Source: Delftia acidovorans NBRC 14950 (lineage in GTDB: Bacteria > Pseudomonadota > Gammaproteobacteria > Burkholderiales > Burkholderiaceae_C). Taken from it: a stretch of 32,000 nt of DNA. Shown one piece after another: positions 7,412 to 15,847 of the stretch. The notes below the pieces were generated by a model, which saw nothing but the letters and a program-made list of their open reading frames with translations, ran no database searches and was not told the origin of the DNA. Where the stretch lies: NCBI RefSeq assembly GCF_001598795.1, contig NZ_BCZP01000003.1:240001-272000 (forward strand), written 5' to 3'. Position 1 is the stretch's first letter, and the number at the start of each line of letters is the position of its first letter. Made by a program: the position numbers and the translations under genes.

Positions 7412-10324
7412 ATGAGCGACACCATTGCCCAGCCAGGCCTCGACAGCCTGTCCAAATCGTTTGAACCCGCAGCCATCGAGGCCCAATGGGGCCCTGAATG
7501 GGAAAAGCGCGGCTACGGCGCAGCCGGCGTGCGCGGCACGGGCCAGGCAGATGCATCCCAGCCATCGTTCTCCGTCCAGCTGCCGCCGCCCAATGTGACG
7601 GGCACGCTGCACATGGGCCATGCGTTCAACCAGACCATCATGGACAGCCTCACGCGCTACCACCGCATGAAGGGCCACAACACGGTCTGGGTGCCCGGCA
7701 CCGACCACGCGGGCATCGCCACGCAGATCGTGGTGGAGCGCCAGCTGCAGGAGCAGGGCATCGCCAGCCGCCACGACATGGGCGCGACGCCTCCCGAGGC
7801 GCGCAAGAACTTCGTGAGCAAGGTCTGGGAGTGGAAGAACCAGAGCGGCAACACCATCACCGGCCAGATGCGCCGCATGGGCGACAGCGTGGACTGGAGC
7901 CGCGAGTACTTCACCATGGACGACAAGCTGTCGTCCATCGTCAACGAGACCTTCGTGCGCCTGTACCAGCAGGGCCTGATCTACCGTGGCAAGCGCCTGG
8001 TGAACTGGGACCCCAAGCTGATGTCCGCCGTCTCCGACCTCGAGGTCGAGAACGAGGAAAAGGACGGCTCGCTGTGGCACATCGCCTATCCGCTGGCCGA
8101 TGGCTCGGGCCAGCTCGTGGTGGCCACCACGCGCCCGGAAACCATGCTGGGCGACGCAGCCCTGATGGTCCACCCCGAGGACGAGCGCTACCAGGCGCTG
8201 ATCGGCAAGACCGTGATCCTGCCCCTGGTGGGCCGCGAGATCCCCATCATTGCCGACGACTACGTGGACCGCGAGTTCGGCACGGGCGTGGTCAAGGTCA
8301 CGCCTGCGCATGACAACAACGACTACGCCGTGGGCCAGCGCCACGGCCTGCCGATGATCTGCGTGCTGACGCTGACGGCCACCATCAACGACGAGGCGCC
8401 CGAGAAGTACCGCGGCATGGACCGCTTCGTGGCGCGCAAGGCCATCGTGGCCGATCTGGACGCGGCCGGCCTGCTGGTCGAGACCAAGAAGCACAAGCTC
8501 ATGGTGCCCATCTGCACGCGCACGGGCCAGGTGATCGAGCCCATGCTGACCGACCAGTGGTTCGTGGCCATGAACAAGGTGGGCGAAGGCGATGCCACGG
8601 GCAAGTCCATCGCGCAGAAGGCCATCGATGCCGTCTCCAGCGGCCAGGTGCAGTTCGTGCCCGAGAACTGGGTCAACACCTACAACCAGTGGATGAACAA
8701 CATCCAGGACTGGTGCATCTCGCGCCAGCTGTGGTGGGGCCACCAGATTCCAGCCTGGTACGACGAGGACGGTAAGGTCTACGTGGCCCGCACCGAGGAA
8801 GAAGCCCGCGCCCAGGCCCCCGGCAAGACGCTCACGCGCGACGAGGACGTGCTGGACACCTGGTACTCCTCGGCCCTGGTGCCGTTCTCCACCATGGGCT
8901 GGCCGAACCAGACCGAGGCGGCCGACGATGACTACAACCTCTACCTGCCCAGCTCGGTGCTGGTCACGGGCTACGACATCATCTTCTTCTGGGTCGCCCG
9001 GATGATCATGATGACCACGCACTTCACGGGCCGCGTGCCCTTCCGCCATGTCTACATGCATGGCCTGGTGCGTGACGCCCAGGGCAAGAAGATGAGCAAG
9101 TCCGAGGGCAACGTGCTCGACCCCGTGGACCTGATCGACGGCATCGACCTGGACACCCTGCTGGACAAGCGCACGCAGGGCCTGCGCCGCCCCGAGACCG
9201 CGCCCCAGGTGCGCAAGAACACGCAAAAGGAATTCCCCGAGGGAATTCCCGCCTACGGCGCCGACGCGCTGCGCTTCACCTTCGCGGCCCTGGCCTCGCT
9301 GGGCCGCTCCATCAACTTCGACAGCAAGCGCTGCGAGGGCTACCGCAACTTCTGCAACAAGCTGTGGAACGCCAGCCGCTTCGTGCTGATGAACTGCGAA
9401 GGCCATGACTGCGGCCTGCTGCCCCACACCAAGGAGCAATGCCAGGCCGGCGGCGAGTTCGCAGGCTACATGCAGTTCAGCCAGCCCGACCGCTGGATCG
9501 CCTCGCAGCTGCAGAAGGTCGAGGCCGAAGTAGCCAAGGGCTTTGCCGAATTCCGTCTGGACAACGTGGCCAACGCGCTGTACGACTTCGTCTGGAACGA
9601 GTTCTGCGACTGGTACCTGGAAATCGCCAAGGTGCAGATCCAGACCGGCAACGAGGCCCAGCAGCGCGCCACGCGCCGCACGCTGATCCGCACGCTGGAG
9701 GCCATCCTGCGCCTGGCCCACCCCATCATCCCGTTTGTGACCGAAGCCCTGTGGCAGAAGGTCGCCCCGGTCGCCGGCCTGCCCGGCGAGTCCGTTGCCG
9801 TGGCCCGCTACCCCGAGGCCCAGCCCGAGAAGATCGACGAGGCCGCCATCGCCTACGTGGGCCGCATCAAGCAGATGATCGACGCCTGCCGCACGCTGCG
9901 CGGCGAGATGGGCGTGTCGCCCGCACAGCGCCTGCCGCTGCTGGCCGTGGCCAGCTCGGCCGATGAGTCGCAGTTCCTGCGCACCAATGCCGCCGTGCTG
10001 CAAAACCTGGCCAAGCTCAGCGAGGTCAAGGTGTTCGACGACGAAACCGCCTGGGCCGAGGCCGCCCAGGCCGCGCCCGTCTGCGTGGTGGGCGAGGCGC
10101 GCCTGGCGCTGTTCGTGGAGATCGACGTGGCGGCCGAAAAGGCCCGCCTGTCCAAGGAAGCCGCACGCCTGGAAGGCGAGATCACCAAGGCCAATGCCAA
10201 GCTGGGCAACGAGGCCTTCGTGGCCAAGGCGCCCCCGGCCGTCATCGACCAGGAAAAGAAGCGCGTGGCCGACTTCGGTGCCACGCTGATCCGCATCCAG
10301 GAACAACTCGCCCGCCTGGGTTGA
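7412..10324 (+). CDS. valS: Valine--tRNA ligase
   Basis: 970 aa. [15 protein letters not shown] (HIGH region), KMSKSEGN (KMSKS), CP1 editing domain and a C-terminal coiled coil. Start is the ATG at 7412 ([22 protein letters not shown]). The 113 codons upstream in the ORF track run through the repeat element and are not coding. Confidence 0.97.
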   Translation: MSDTIAQPGLDSLSKSFEPAAIEAQWGPEWEKRGYGAAGVRGTGQADASQPSFSVQLPPPNVTGTLHMGHAFNQTIMDSLTRYHRMKGHNTVWVPGTDHAGIATQIVVERQLQEQGIASRHDMGATPPEARKNFVSKVWEWKNQSGNTITGQMRRMGDSVDWSREYFTMDDKLSSIVNETFVRLYQQGLIYRGKRLVNWDPKLMSAVSDLEVENEEKDGSLWHIAYPLADGSGQLVVATTRPETMLGDAALMVHPEDERYQALIGKTVILPLVGREIPIIADDYVDREFGTGVVKVTPAHDNNDYAVGQRHGLPMICVLTLTATINDEAPEKYRGMDRFVARKAIVADLDAAGLLVETKKHKLMVPICTRTGQVIEPMLTDQWFVAMNKVGEGDATGKSIAQKAIDAVSSGQVQFVPENWVNTYNQWMNNIQDWCISRQLWWGHQIPAWYDEDGKVYVARTEEEARAQAPGKTLTRDEDVLDTWYSSALVPFSTMGWPNQTEAADDDYNLYLPSSVLVTGYDIIFFWVARMIMMTTHFTGRVPFRHVYMHGLVRDAQGKKMSKSEGNVLDPVDLIDGIDLDTLLDKRTQGLRRPETAPQVRKNTQKEFPEGIPAYGADALRFTFAALASLGRSINFDSKRCEGYRNFCNKLWNASRFVLMNCEGHDCGLLPHTKEQCQAGGEFAGYMQFSQPDRWIASQLQKVEAEVAKGFAEFRLDNVANALYDFVWNEFCDWYLEIAKVQIQTGNEAQQRATRRTLIRTLEAILRLAHPIIPFVTEALWQKVAPVAGLPGESVAVARYPEAQPEKIDEAAIAYVGRIKQMIDACRTLRGEMGVSPAQRLPLLAVASSADESQFLRTNAAVLQNLAKLSEVKVFDDETAWAEAAQAAPVCVVGEARLALFVEIDVAAEKARLSKEAARLEGEITKANAKLGNEAFVAKAPPAVIDQEKKRVADFGATLIRIQEQLARLG

Positions 10325-10334
10325 CATGGAATCT

Positions 10335-10445
10335 CCCCCTGAGCGGCTGTGCCGCTTCCCCCTCTCTCGCTTCGCGGGAGGGGGACGACACCCTCGGCGC
10401 GGGGCGGCCCTTCCTCGGTGTCCCTGATCTTGGGCTGCGCCAGTT
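10335..10445 (+). repeat. REP-like three-hairpin intergenic repeat, copy A (immediately 3' of valS)
   Basis: Aligns along about 110 nt with 18233-18340. Hairpins are gcggc-tgt-gccgc (10343-10355), tccccctc...gaggggga (10357-10385) and gacacc...ggtgtc (10386-10424). Confidence 0.75.
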
Positions 10446-10547
10446 TCATCGTCCGAGGGCATCAAGTCGCACAATGAAAGCTGAGACACTTAGCGAAGAA
10501 GACGCAAAGCCGCACGCTTTTTCCATCACCTGAATCCCAAGATTTTC

Positions 10548-11435
10548 ATGAGTAATCAGACCCGTGTCCGCAAAGCCGTGTTTCCCGTTGCCGGGCTCGG
10601 CACGCGCTTTCTGCCCGCCACCAAGGCCTCTCCCAAGGAGATGCTGCCCGTGGTGGACAAGCCGCTGATCCAGTACGCCGTGGAAGAGGCCTACGAGGCC
10701 GGCATCCGCGACATGATCTTCGTCACCGGCCGCAGCAAGCGCGCCATCGAGGACCATTTCGACACCGCCTACGAGCTGGAAAACGAGCTGGAGAACGCCG
10801 GCAAGCAGGCCATGCTGGAGCTGGTGCGCAGCATCAGTCCCGCCGACATGAACTGCCTGTTCGTGCGCCAGCCGCGCTCGCTGGGCCTGGGCCATGCCGT
10901 GCTGTGCGCCGAGCCGCTGGTGGGCAACGAGCCCTTTGCCGTGCTGCTGGCCGACGACCTGATGGTGGGCGAGCCCGGCGGCCCCGGCGTGATGGCGCAG
11001 ATGACATCGGCCTTCCACAAGCAGGGCCGCTCCCTGCTGGCCGTGCAGGAAGTGCCGCTGGAGCAGACCAAGCGCTATGGCATCGTGGCTGGCGAGCCGG
11101 CCGGCGGTTCGCTGATGCGCATCGAGAAGATCGTGGAAAAGCCCGCGCCCGAGAAGGCCCCCTCGCGCATGGGCGTGGCTGGCCGCTACGTGCTGACACC
11201 GGCCATCTTCGAGGAGATCCGCAACCAGCCCAAGGGCGTGGGCGGCGAGATCCAGCTGACGGACGCCATTGAACGCCTGATGGCCCATGAAGCTGTCTAC
11301 GCCTTCCAGTACCAGGGCAAGCGCTACGACTGCGGCAGCAAGGAAGGCTTTTTGCAGGCCACGGTGGAACTGGCGCTGCAGCACGAGGATGTGGGCGCGA
11401 GCTTCCGCGAATACCTGCAGGGCCTGAGCATCTGA
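10548..11435 (+). CDS. galU: UTP--glucose-1-phosphate uridylyltransferase
   Basis: [40 protein letters not shown]...GI......TGR.K.AIEDHFD....LE..LE..GK is the canonical GalU N-terminus. 295 aa. Confidence 0.95.
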   Translation: MSNQTRVRKAVFPVAGLGTRFLPATKASPKEMLPVVDKPLIQYAVEEAYEAGIRDMIFVTGRSKRAIEDHFDTAYELENELENAGKQAMLELVRSISPADMNCLFVRQPRSLGLGHAVLCAEPLVGNEPFAVLLADDLMVGEPGGPGVMAQMTSAFHKQGRSLLAVQEVPLEQTKRYGIVAGEPAGGSLMRIEKIVEKPAPEKAPSRMGVAGRYVLTPAIFEEIRNQPKGVGGEIQLTDAIERLMAHEAVYAFQYQGKRYDCGSKEGFLQATVELALQHEDVGASFREYLQGLSI

Positions 11436-11467
11436 GGCCCGGCCTCAGATCCGCCCCTGCCCCATGC

Positions 11468-11494
11468 AAAAGGCCTGCGAAAGCAGGCCTTTTT
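11468..11494. terminator. Bidirectional intrinsic terminator between convergent galU and the tusA-like gene
   Basis: aaaaggcctgc-gaaa-gcaggcctttt. The 11-bp stem is perfect, with A- and T-runs on either side. Confidence 0.8.
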
Positions 11495-11520
11495 CTTTGG
11501 AGCGAACCGCGTGCAGCCGC

Positions 11521-11748
11521 TCAGCGCCGGCGCAGGATATGGATGAACTCCGCGCCCACGGTCTGCTGCTCCACCAGTTCATTGCCGGTCTGCTTGGCAA
11601 AGGCCTGGAAGTCGCGCAGCGATCCGGTATCCGTGGCCACCACCTTGAGCAGCTGGCCGCTGTCCAGTTCGGCCAGCGCCTTCTTGGCCTTGAGAATGGG
11701 CAGCGGGCAGTTGAGCCCGCGCGTGTCGATTTCCTTGTGAATTTCCAT
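11521..11748 (-). CDS. tusA: TusA/SirA-family sulfur-carrier (sulfurtransferase) protein
   Basis: MEIHKEIDTRGLNCPLPILKAKKAL..L..G.LL.V.ATD.GS..DF..F....G contains the CPxP active-site motif. GAGGTG lies 6 nt before the ATG at 11748. Confidence 0.85.
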   Translation of the reverse strand: MEIHKEIDTRGLNCPLPILKAKKALAELDSGQLLKVVATDTGSLRDFQAFAKQTGNELVEQQTVGAEFIHILRRR

Positions 11749-11774
11749 CGGATGCACCTCTTGAGCCTGGGATT

Positions 11775-12377
11775 CTAGGCGGCATCGCGGCTGAGGCCGG
11801 CAGCAGTGTCTTCATCGGCGCGACTCGCTTCAGCCTCCTGGGCCTGCTCGGCACGCTTCCAGAAGTCACGGATCACAGGATCATGCCCCCGGCTGCGCAG
11901 CCACTTGGCCAGCGCCATGCCCGTGCCCGAAGGCCAGGCCTGGACTTTCTCGGGCTCCAGCAGGCGGTACTCGAGCAGCTCGGGCGACAGCCGCACCTGG
12001 CCGCTAGCGCGCACATGGAAGGCGATGATCACCTGGTTCATGCGCAGGAACTCATGCACGCTGATCAGCTCCAGCGACTCGGCCTGCAGGCCGGTTTCCT
12101 CCGCCACCTCGCGTGCCACGCCCTCCTCGGGCGACTCGCCGGCTTCCATGAAGCCCGTGATCAGGCCGAAGACCTTCTCGGGCCAGGCCGCATTGCGCGC
12201 CAGCAGCACCTTGCCGTCCAGCTCCACGATGGCGGCCAGCACCGGCGTGGGATTGTTCCAGTGCGTCCAGCCGCACTCGGGGCAGCGCAGGCGCGATACA
12301 TCGCCGCCGTCCTCGGCCTGGATCACCCACTGCAGGGGCGTTGCGCAGTGCGTGCAATAGCGGGTTTCATAGTGCAT
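11775..12377 (-). CDS. NUDIX hydrolase with an N-terminal zinc ribbon (NudC-like architecture)
   Basis: MHYETRYCTHCATPL...RLRCPECGW.HWNNP gives two CxxC pairs. The Nudix box is GFMEAGESPEEGVAREVAEETGL. ATG at 12377. The longer ORF-track N-terminus has implausible Arg/Gly/His-rich composition. Confidence 0.8.
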   Translation of the reverse strand: MHYETRYCTHCATPLQWVIQAEDGGDVSRLRCPECGWTHWNNPTPVLAAIVELDGKVLLARNAAWPEKVFGLITGFMEAGESPEEGVAREVAEETGLQAESLELISVHEFLRMNQVIIAFHVRASGQVRLSPELLEYRLLEPEKVQAWPSGTGMALAKWLRSRGHDPVIRDFWKRAEQAQEAEASRADEDTAAGLSRDAA

Positions 12378-12423
12378 GGGGCTGTTCCTGGTTTTTTGCT
12401 GTCCTGGCTCTATGCAAACAGGA

Positions 12424-12445
12424 AGGCCCGCCGGAAGGCGGGCCT
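12424..12445 (-). terminator. GC-rich hairpin between cysM and the NUDIX gene (weak terminator or processing site)
   Basis: aggcccgcc-ggaa-ggcgggcct, a perfect 9-bp stem. Only a weak U-tract follows on the minus strand. Confidence 0.35.
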
Positions 12446-12454
12446 GTCGCTGTG

Positions 12455-13378
12455 TCAGGCGGGGAAGACGCCCGTGGACAGATAGCGGTCGCCGCGGTCG
12501 CAGACCACGAAGACGATGGTGGCGTTGTTCTCGCGCTCGGCAATCTGCTGGGCCACCCAGCAGGCGCCCGCCGCCGAGATGCCGGCAAAGATGCCTTCCT
12601 CGCGCGCCAGGCGGCGCGCCATGTCCTCGGCATCGTCCTGGCCGACGAGCACGGTCTCGTCGATCAGCGAGGCGTCGTAGATCTTGGGCATGTACTCCTC
12701 GGGCCACTTGCGGATGCCGGGGATGCGCGAGCCCTCGGCCGGCTGGGCGCCCACGATGCGGATGGCCGGGTTCTTTTCCTTGAGGAACTTCGCCACGCCG
12801 GTGATCGTGCCCGTGGTGCCCATGGCGCTCACGAAATGCGTGATCTCGCCGCCGGTCTGCTCCCACAGCTCGGGACCCGTGGTCTCGTAGTGGATGCGCG
12901 GGTTGTCGGGGTTGCCGAACTGGTCGAGCACCACGCCCTTGCCCTGGGCCACCATCTGGTCGGCCAGGTCGCGCGCGTATTCCATGCCGCCGCTCTTGGG
13001 CGTGAGGATCAGCTCGGCGCCATAGGCCTTCATCGTCTGGGCACGCTCGATGGACAGGTCCTCGGGCATGATCAGCACCATCCGGTAGCCCTTGATCGTG
13101 GCGGCCATGGCCAGCGCAATGCCGGTATTGCCCGAGGTGGCCTCGATCAGCGTGTCGCCGGGCTTGATGTCGCCGCGCTCTTCGGCGCGGCGGATCATCG
13201 ACAGGGCCGGCCTGTCCTTGACCGAACCGGCCGGGTTGTTGCCTTCCAGCTTGCCCAGCACCACGTTGCCACGTTCCTGGCGAGACTGCGCACCGATGCG
13301 CTGCAATGCCACCAGGGGCGTGCGGCCGATGGCGTCTTCGATGGTCGGATAAATTTTCATAGCCTCACACTGTGCCAT
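12455..13378 (-). CDS. cysM: Cysteine synthase B (O-acetylserine sulfhydrylase B)
   Basis: The translation resembles E. coli CysM along its whole length as I recall it: IG.TPLV.LQR......V..KLEGNNPAGSVKDR.ALSMI..AE.RG.IKPGD.LIEATSGNTGIALAM.A..KGYRM.L.MP...S.ER...M.AYGAELIL. The start could be 13378 (better SD spacing) or 13360. Confidence 0.93.
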   Translation of the reverse strand: MAQCEAMKIYPTIEDAIGRTPLVALQRIGAQSRQERGNVVLGKLEGNNPAGSVKDRPALSMIRRAEERGDIKPGDTLIEATSGNTGIALAMAATIKGYRMVLIMPEDLSIERAQTMKAYGAELILTPKSGGMEYARDLADQMVAQGKGVVLDQFGNPDNPRIHYETTGPELWEQTGGEITHFVSAMGTTGTITGVAKFLKEKNPAIRIVGAQPAEGSRIPGIRKWPEEYMPKIYDASLIDETVLVGQDDAEDMARRLAREEGIFAGISAAGACWVAQQIAERENNATIVFVVCDRGDRYLSTGVFPA

Positions 13379-13399
13379 AATTCGCCCCTGCGCTAAGTA

Positions 13400-13484
13400 G
13401 CCCGGGTGGTGAAATTGGTAGACGCAGGGGACTCAAAATCCCCCGCCGCAAGGCGTGCCGGTTCGATTCCGGCCCCGGGCACCA
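13400..13484 (+). tRNA. tRNA-Leu (anticodon CAA), class II with a long variable arm
   Basis: GCCCGGGTGGTGAAATTGGTAGACGCAGGGGACTCAAAATCCCCCGCCGCAAGGCGTGCCGGTTCGATTCCGGCCCCGGGCACCA. The acceptor stem GCCCGGG/CCCGGGC pairs, the anticodon loop is CT-CAA-AA, GGTTCGATTCC is the T-loop, and CCA is encoded. Confidence 0.95.
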
Positions 13485-13493
13485 GAGATTACG

Positions 13494-13535
13494 TAGCCGA
13501 AAAAGCAGTCCCCTGCTTTTTCGGCTATTTCTTTT
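13494..13535 (+). terminator. Intrinsic terminator of the tRNA-Leu transcript
   Basis: tagccgaaaaagcag (13494-13508), loop tccc, ctgctttttcggcta (13513-13527), then tttctttt. The 15-bp stem is perfect. Confidence 0.85.
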
Positions 13536-13933
13536 CCGGCCGCTGTCTTCACAGCGTCCGCACAAACCTCAAGCCCCTTTGCATCCAGCCGTGTTCAACG
13601 GCTGCACTGCATTTCAAGGCCCTCCAGCCTGCACCGATCCTGCGTCCTCATGCCTTGGGCGGGATGACGCCTGCGCGCTTTTCGCCGCACAGGGCCCAAC
13701 CTGTGTACAACTTTGGCATCAACCGCCTCTCAAGGCCTGCCAGGCCTGGACCTTGGCCCATGCTGAAGCCTCCTTGAAGCAGCACCATCCCAGCCCGCAG
13801 GCAGGGCTGCAGCCCTGCATCAGATTCAGCACCTTCCCTCTGAAAACTGCCACTTGCACCACCGTCATGCAGCCCTTGCCCAGCGCGGGCACCAGCCCGG
13901 TGCGCCCACGGCTCGGGCCTGTAAAAGCCCATG

Positions 13934-13957
13934 AAAAAAGCCACCCTGAGGTGGCTT
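13934..13957 (-). terminator. Intrinsic terminator for the minus-strand small ORF 14129-14350
   Basis: On the minus strand this reads aagccacc-tcag-ggtggctt followed by tttttt (the A-run at 13934-13939 on the plus strand). Confidence 0.7.
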
Positions 13958-14128
13958 CCTTTCTCCACAGATCCATTGAACAACCCTGTGGATAATCAGT
14001 GAACAGCAAGTGAACGAGGCGTCCAAGTGCTTGCATTCACTGGCCGCAGGCTAAGCTGCCTGCAAATCAAGCAACCTCCAAACCCAAGGGAAAACCCTCA
14101 ATTCGGAAGGCGCCTGACCCACCTCGCC

Positions 14129-14350
14129 TCAGGCATCCGTGCGGCGGATCTGCGCGCGCCCTGCCGCCGTGATGTGCCATTGATGGCTGCTGTCCACTTC
14201 GACCAGTCCACGCTCGCGCAGCCTCTTGGACAGATGCTCGCGCGCCGCGCTTTCCAGCGACACGGGCTCGCCCATCTCCAGCTTCTTGAGCACTTCGAGT
14301 TCATCCACCGTCGGCTCGTACACGGGTGCGTGATATGTGGTTTCGGCCAT
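14129..14350 (-). CDS. Hypothetical 73-aa protein, possible minimal winged-helix DNA-binding fold
   Basis: The ATG at 14350 is preceded by AGGAG at 6-nt spacing. Third positions are G/C-rich as in the neighbouring real genes. ..LSKRLRERGLVEVD....WHITAAGRAQI resembles a recognition helix plus wing. The gene has its own terminator at 13934-13957. I do not recognise a family. Confidence 0.55.
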   Translation of the reverse strand: MAETTYHAPVYEPTVDELEVLKKLEMGEPVSLESAAREHLSKRLRERGLVEVDSSHQWHITAAGRAQIRRTDA

Positions 14351-14606
14351 CGCTACTCCTTCGCTATTCAAAGTCTCATGCCCCAGGACTCCAGGGGGCA
14401 CGGATGCAAACATAGCCTTGGCCCGGGAGCCGCGCAATCGGTGGCCGCACCTTTTTTCGAGTTGTGGGCGATGATTGCACGCTTTGCGGCGGCGTCCCAC
14501 AGGCGCCAAGGCCAGGCCCCGGCCTGACAACGGGCGATCAACGCTCTTGCCGCACCCGCCCCATTGGCCGCTCCCTCACCCATCTGACCCAGGAATTCAG
14601 GTTTTC

Positions 14607-14984
14607 ATGCTGTACGCCATCACCGCCTTGTTCGCCTTCCAGTTGCTGGGGGAGGCCATCGTCCAGCTCACGGGGCTGCCGCTTCCGGGCGCGCTCGTGG
14701 GCACGCTGCTGCTGCTGGCGGCGCTGCTGCTGCACGGCCGCCTGCCCGAGTCGCTGGAGAAGGCAGCCGGCGTGCTGCTGCAAAACATGATGCTGCTGTT
14801 CATTCCCGTCATTGCAGGCGTGATGCTGGAGTTCGACCGGCTGTCGCGCGAATGGCAGCCCTTTGTGATCGCCTGCGTGGCGGGTGCGGCCATTACCTTC
14901 CTGGCCACGGCCTTCACCTTCCGCTGGTGCCTGGAGCGCCAGCGCGCCCGCGAAGCGGCTGCCAGCCAGGGAGACAAGGCATGA
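14607..14984 (+). CDS. lrgA: CidA/LrgA-family holin-like membrane protein
   Basis: 125 aa with four TM segments. MLYAITALFAFQLLGE.IV.L.GLPLPG.LVG.LLL...L........L...A..LL.NM.LLF.P. The stop overlaps the lrgB start (ATGA at 14981-14984). Confidence 0.8.
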   Translation: MLYAITALFAFQLLGEAIVQLTGLPLPGALVGTLLLLAALLLHGRLPESLEKAAGVLLQNMMLLFIPVIAGVMLEFDRLSREWQPFVIACVAGAAITFLATAFTFRWCLERQRAREAAASQGDKA

Positions 14985-15727
14985 GCGCGCTCACCACCCA
15001 CTGGCAAAGCGCCTGGCAGTCGCTGTCCGGCAATGCCTCCACCGCCCATCTGCCCTGGCTGGTGCTGACCATGGCCGTCTACCTGGCGGCCATGGCGCTG
15101 TACCGCAGAAGCGGCAACCATCCGCTTCTGATTCCCGTGTTCACGGCCGTGGTCGTCATCGTGGGCGTGCTGCTGGCCACGGGCACCTCCTATGCCAGCT
15201 ACCGCAGCGGCGTCTCGCTGCTGGGGCTGCTGATCGGCCCGGCTACCGTCGCGCTGGCAATTCCGCTGTACGCCCAGCGCGAGCGCATCCGCGCGCTGTG
15301 GCTGCCCATCAGCGTGGCGCTGGCCGTGGGCTGCGTGGTGGCGTTGCTGTCGGCACTGCTGATCGGCTGGAGCCTGGGAGCGACGGTGCAGACGCTGGTG
15401 GCGCTGGCGCCCAAGTCGGCCACCATTCCCATCGCCCTGCCCATGGCCGAGCGCTTTGGCGGGCCGGCCTCGCTGGCGGCCGTGGCCGTGGCCATCACCG
15501 GCATTGCGGGCACGATGATGGCGCCGCTGCTGATCCGCCTGGTGCGCAGCGATGACCCGGCCGTGCAGGGTTTTGCCCTGGGACTTACGGCCCACGCCAT
15601 TGGCACGGCACGCGCGCTGCAGGTGAATCCGACCATGGGCGCCTTCTCGGCCCTGGCCATGGGCCTGAACGGCGTGGCCACGGCCGTGGTCATGCCGCTG
15701 TGCCTGGCCGTGCTGCCCTGGTTTTGA
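14981..15727 (+). CDS. lrgB: LrgB-family membrane protein
   Basis: 248-aa polytopic protein. ...PKS.T.PIA...AE..GG.....A...I.TGI.G......L and ..GF.LG...H..GTA.A are LrgB hallmarks. Translationally coupled to lrgA. Confidence 0.85.
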   Translation: MSALTTHWQSAWQSLSGNASTAHLPWLVLTMAVYLAAMALYRRSGNHPLLIPVFTAVVVIVGVLLATGTSYASYRSGVSLLGLLIGPATVALAIPLYAQRERIRALWLPISVALAVGCVVALLSALLIGWSLGATVQTLVALAPKSATIPIALPMAERFGGPASLAAVAVAITGIAGTMMAPLLIRLVRSDDPAVQGFALGLTAHAIGTARALQVNPTMGAFSALAMGLNGVATAVVMPLCLAVLPWF

Positions 15728-15847
15728 GCGCGATTGCGGGTTTTCCCCAGAAACACCCCCACAAGCCTGTGGACAAGCGCCGCCAGCAGCAAGGATAAGT
15801 CAGTTAAGTGACTGTCATCGTTGAACAATCCAAAGCCTGCTTAATTT

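Noticed and set aside
7313-10489. 1058-aa ORF antisense to valS, and similar long antisense ORFs: 5235-6137, 10446-11384, 16871-18346, 18404-19768, 19765-20757, 20778-21761, 21798-22991, 22246-23400, 23536-24717, 27227-28258 and 29723-30928.
   Set aside because: Each lies opposite a gene with unmistakable family motifs (valS, czcD, galU, gcdH and others). Their translations are Arg/Gly/Ala/His/Pro-rich with no recognisable domains. Stop-free antisense frames are an expected artefact of very high third-position GC.
11775-12866. 363-aa version of the NUDIX ORF extending upstream through the antisense strand of cysM.
   Set aside because: The upstream 163 codons overlap the cysM coding region in antisense and translate to Arg/Gly/His/Pro-rich sequence. 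The zinc ribbon and Nudix protein begin cleanly at the ATG at 12377.
13886-13895. A 10-nt match (cgggcaccag) to the tRNA-Leu 3' end (13476-13485), considered as a possible attL/attR pair marking an integrated element.
   Set aside because: It would delimit only about 400 bp with no genes. The match is short and GC-rich, so a chance occurrence is plausible. No integrase is present.
13579-13995. 138-aa ORF in the tRNA-Leu downstream spacer.
   Set aside because: Third-position G/C is near even, against nearly all G/C in the real genes. The translation is Cys/His/Pro-rich. It reads through the terminator hairpin and has no SD.
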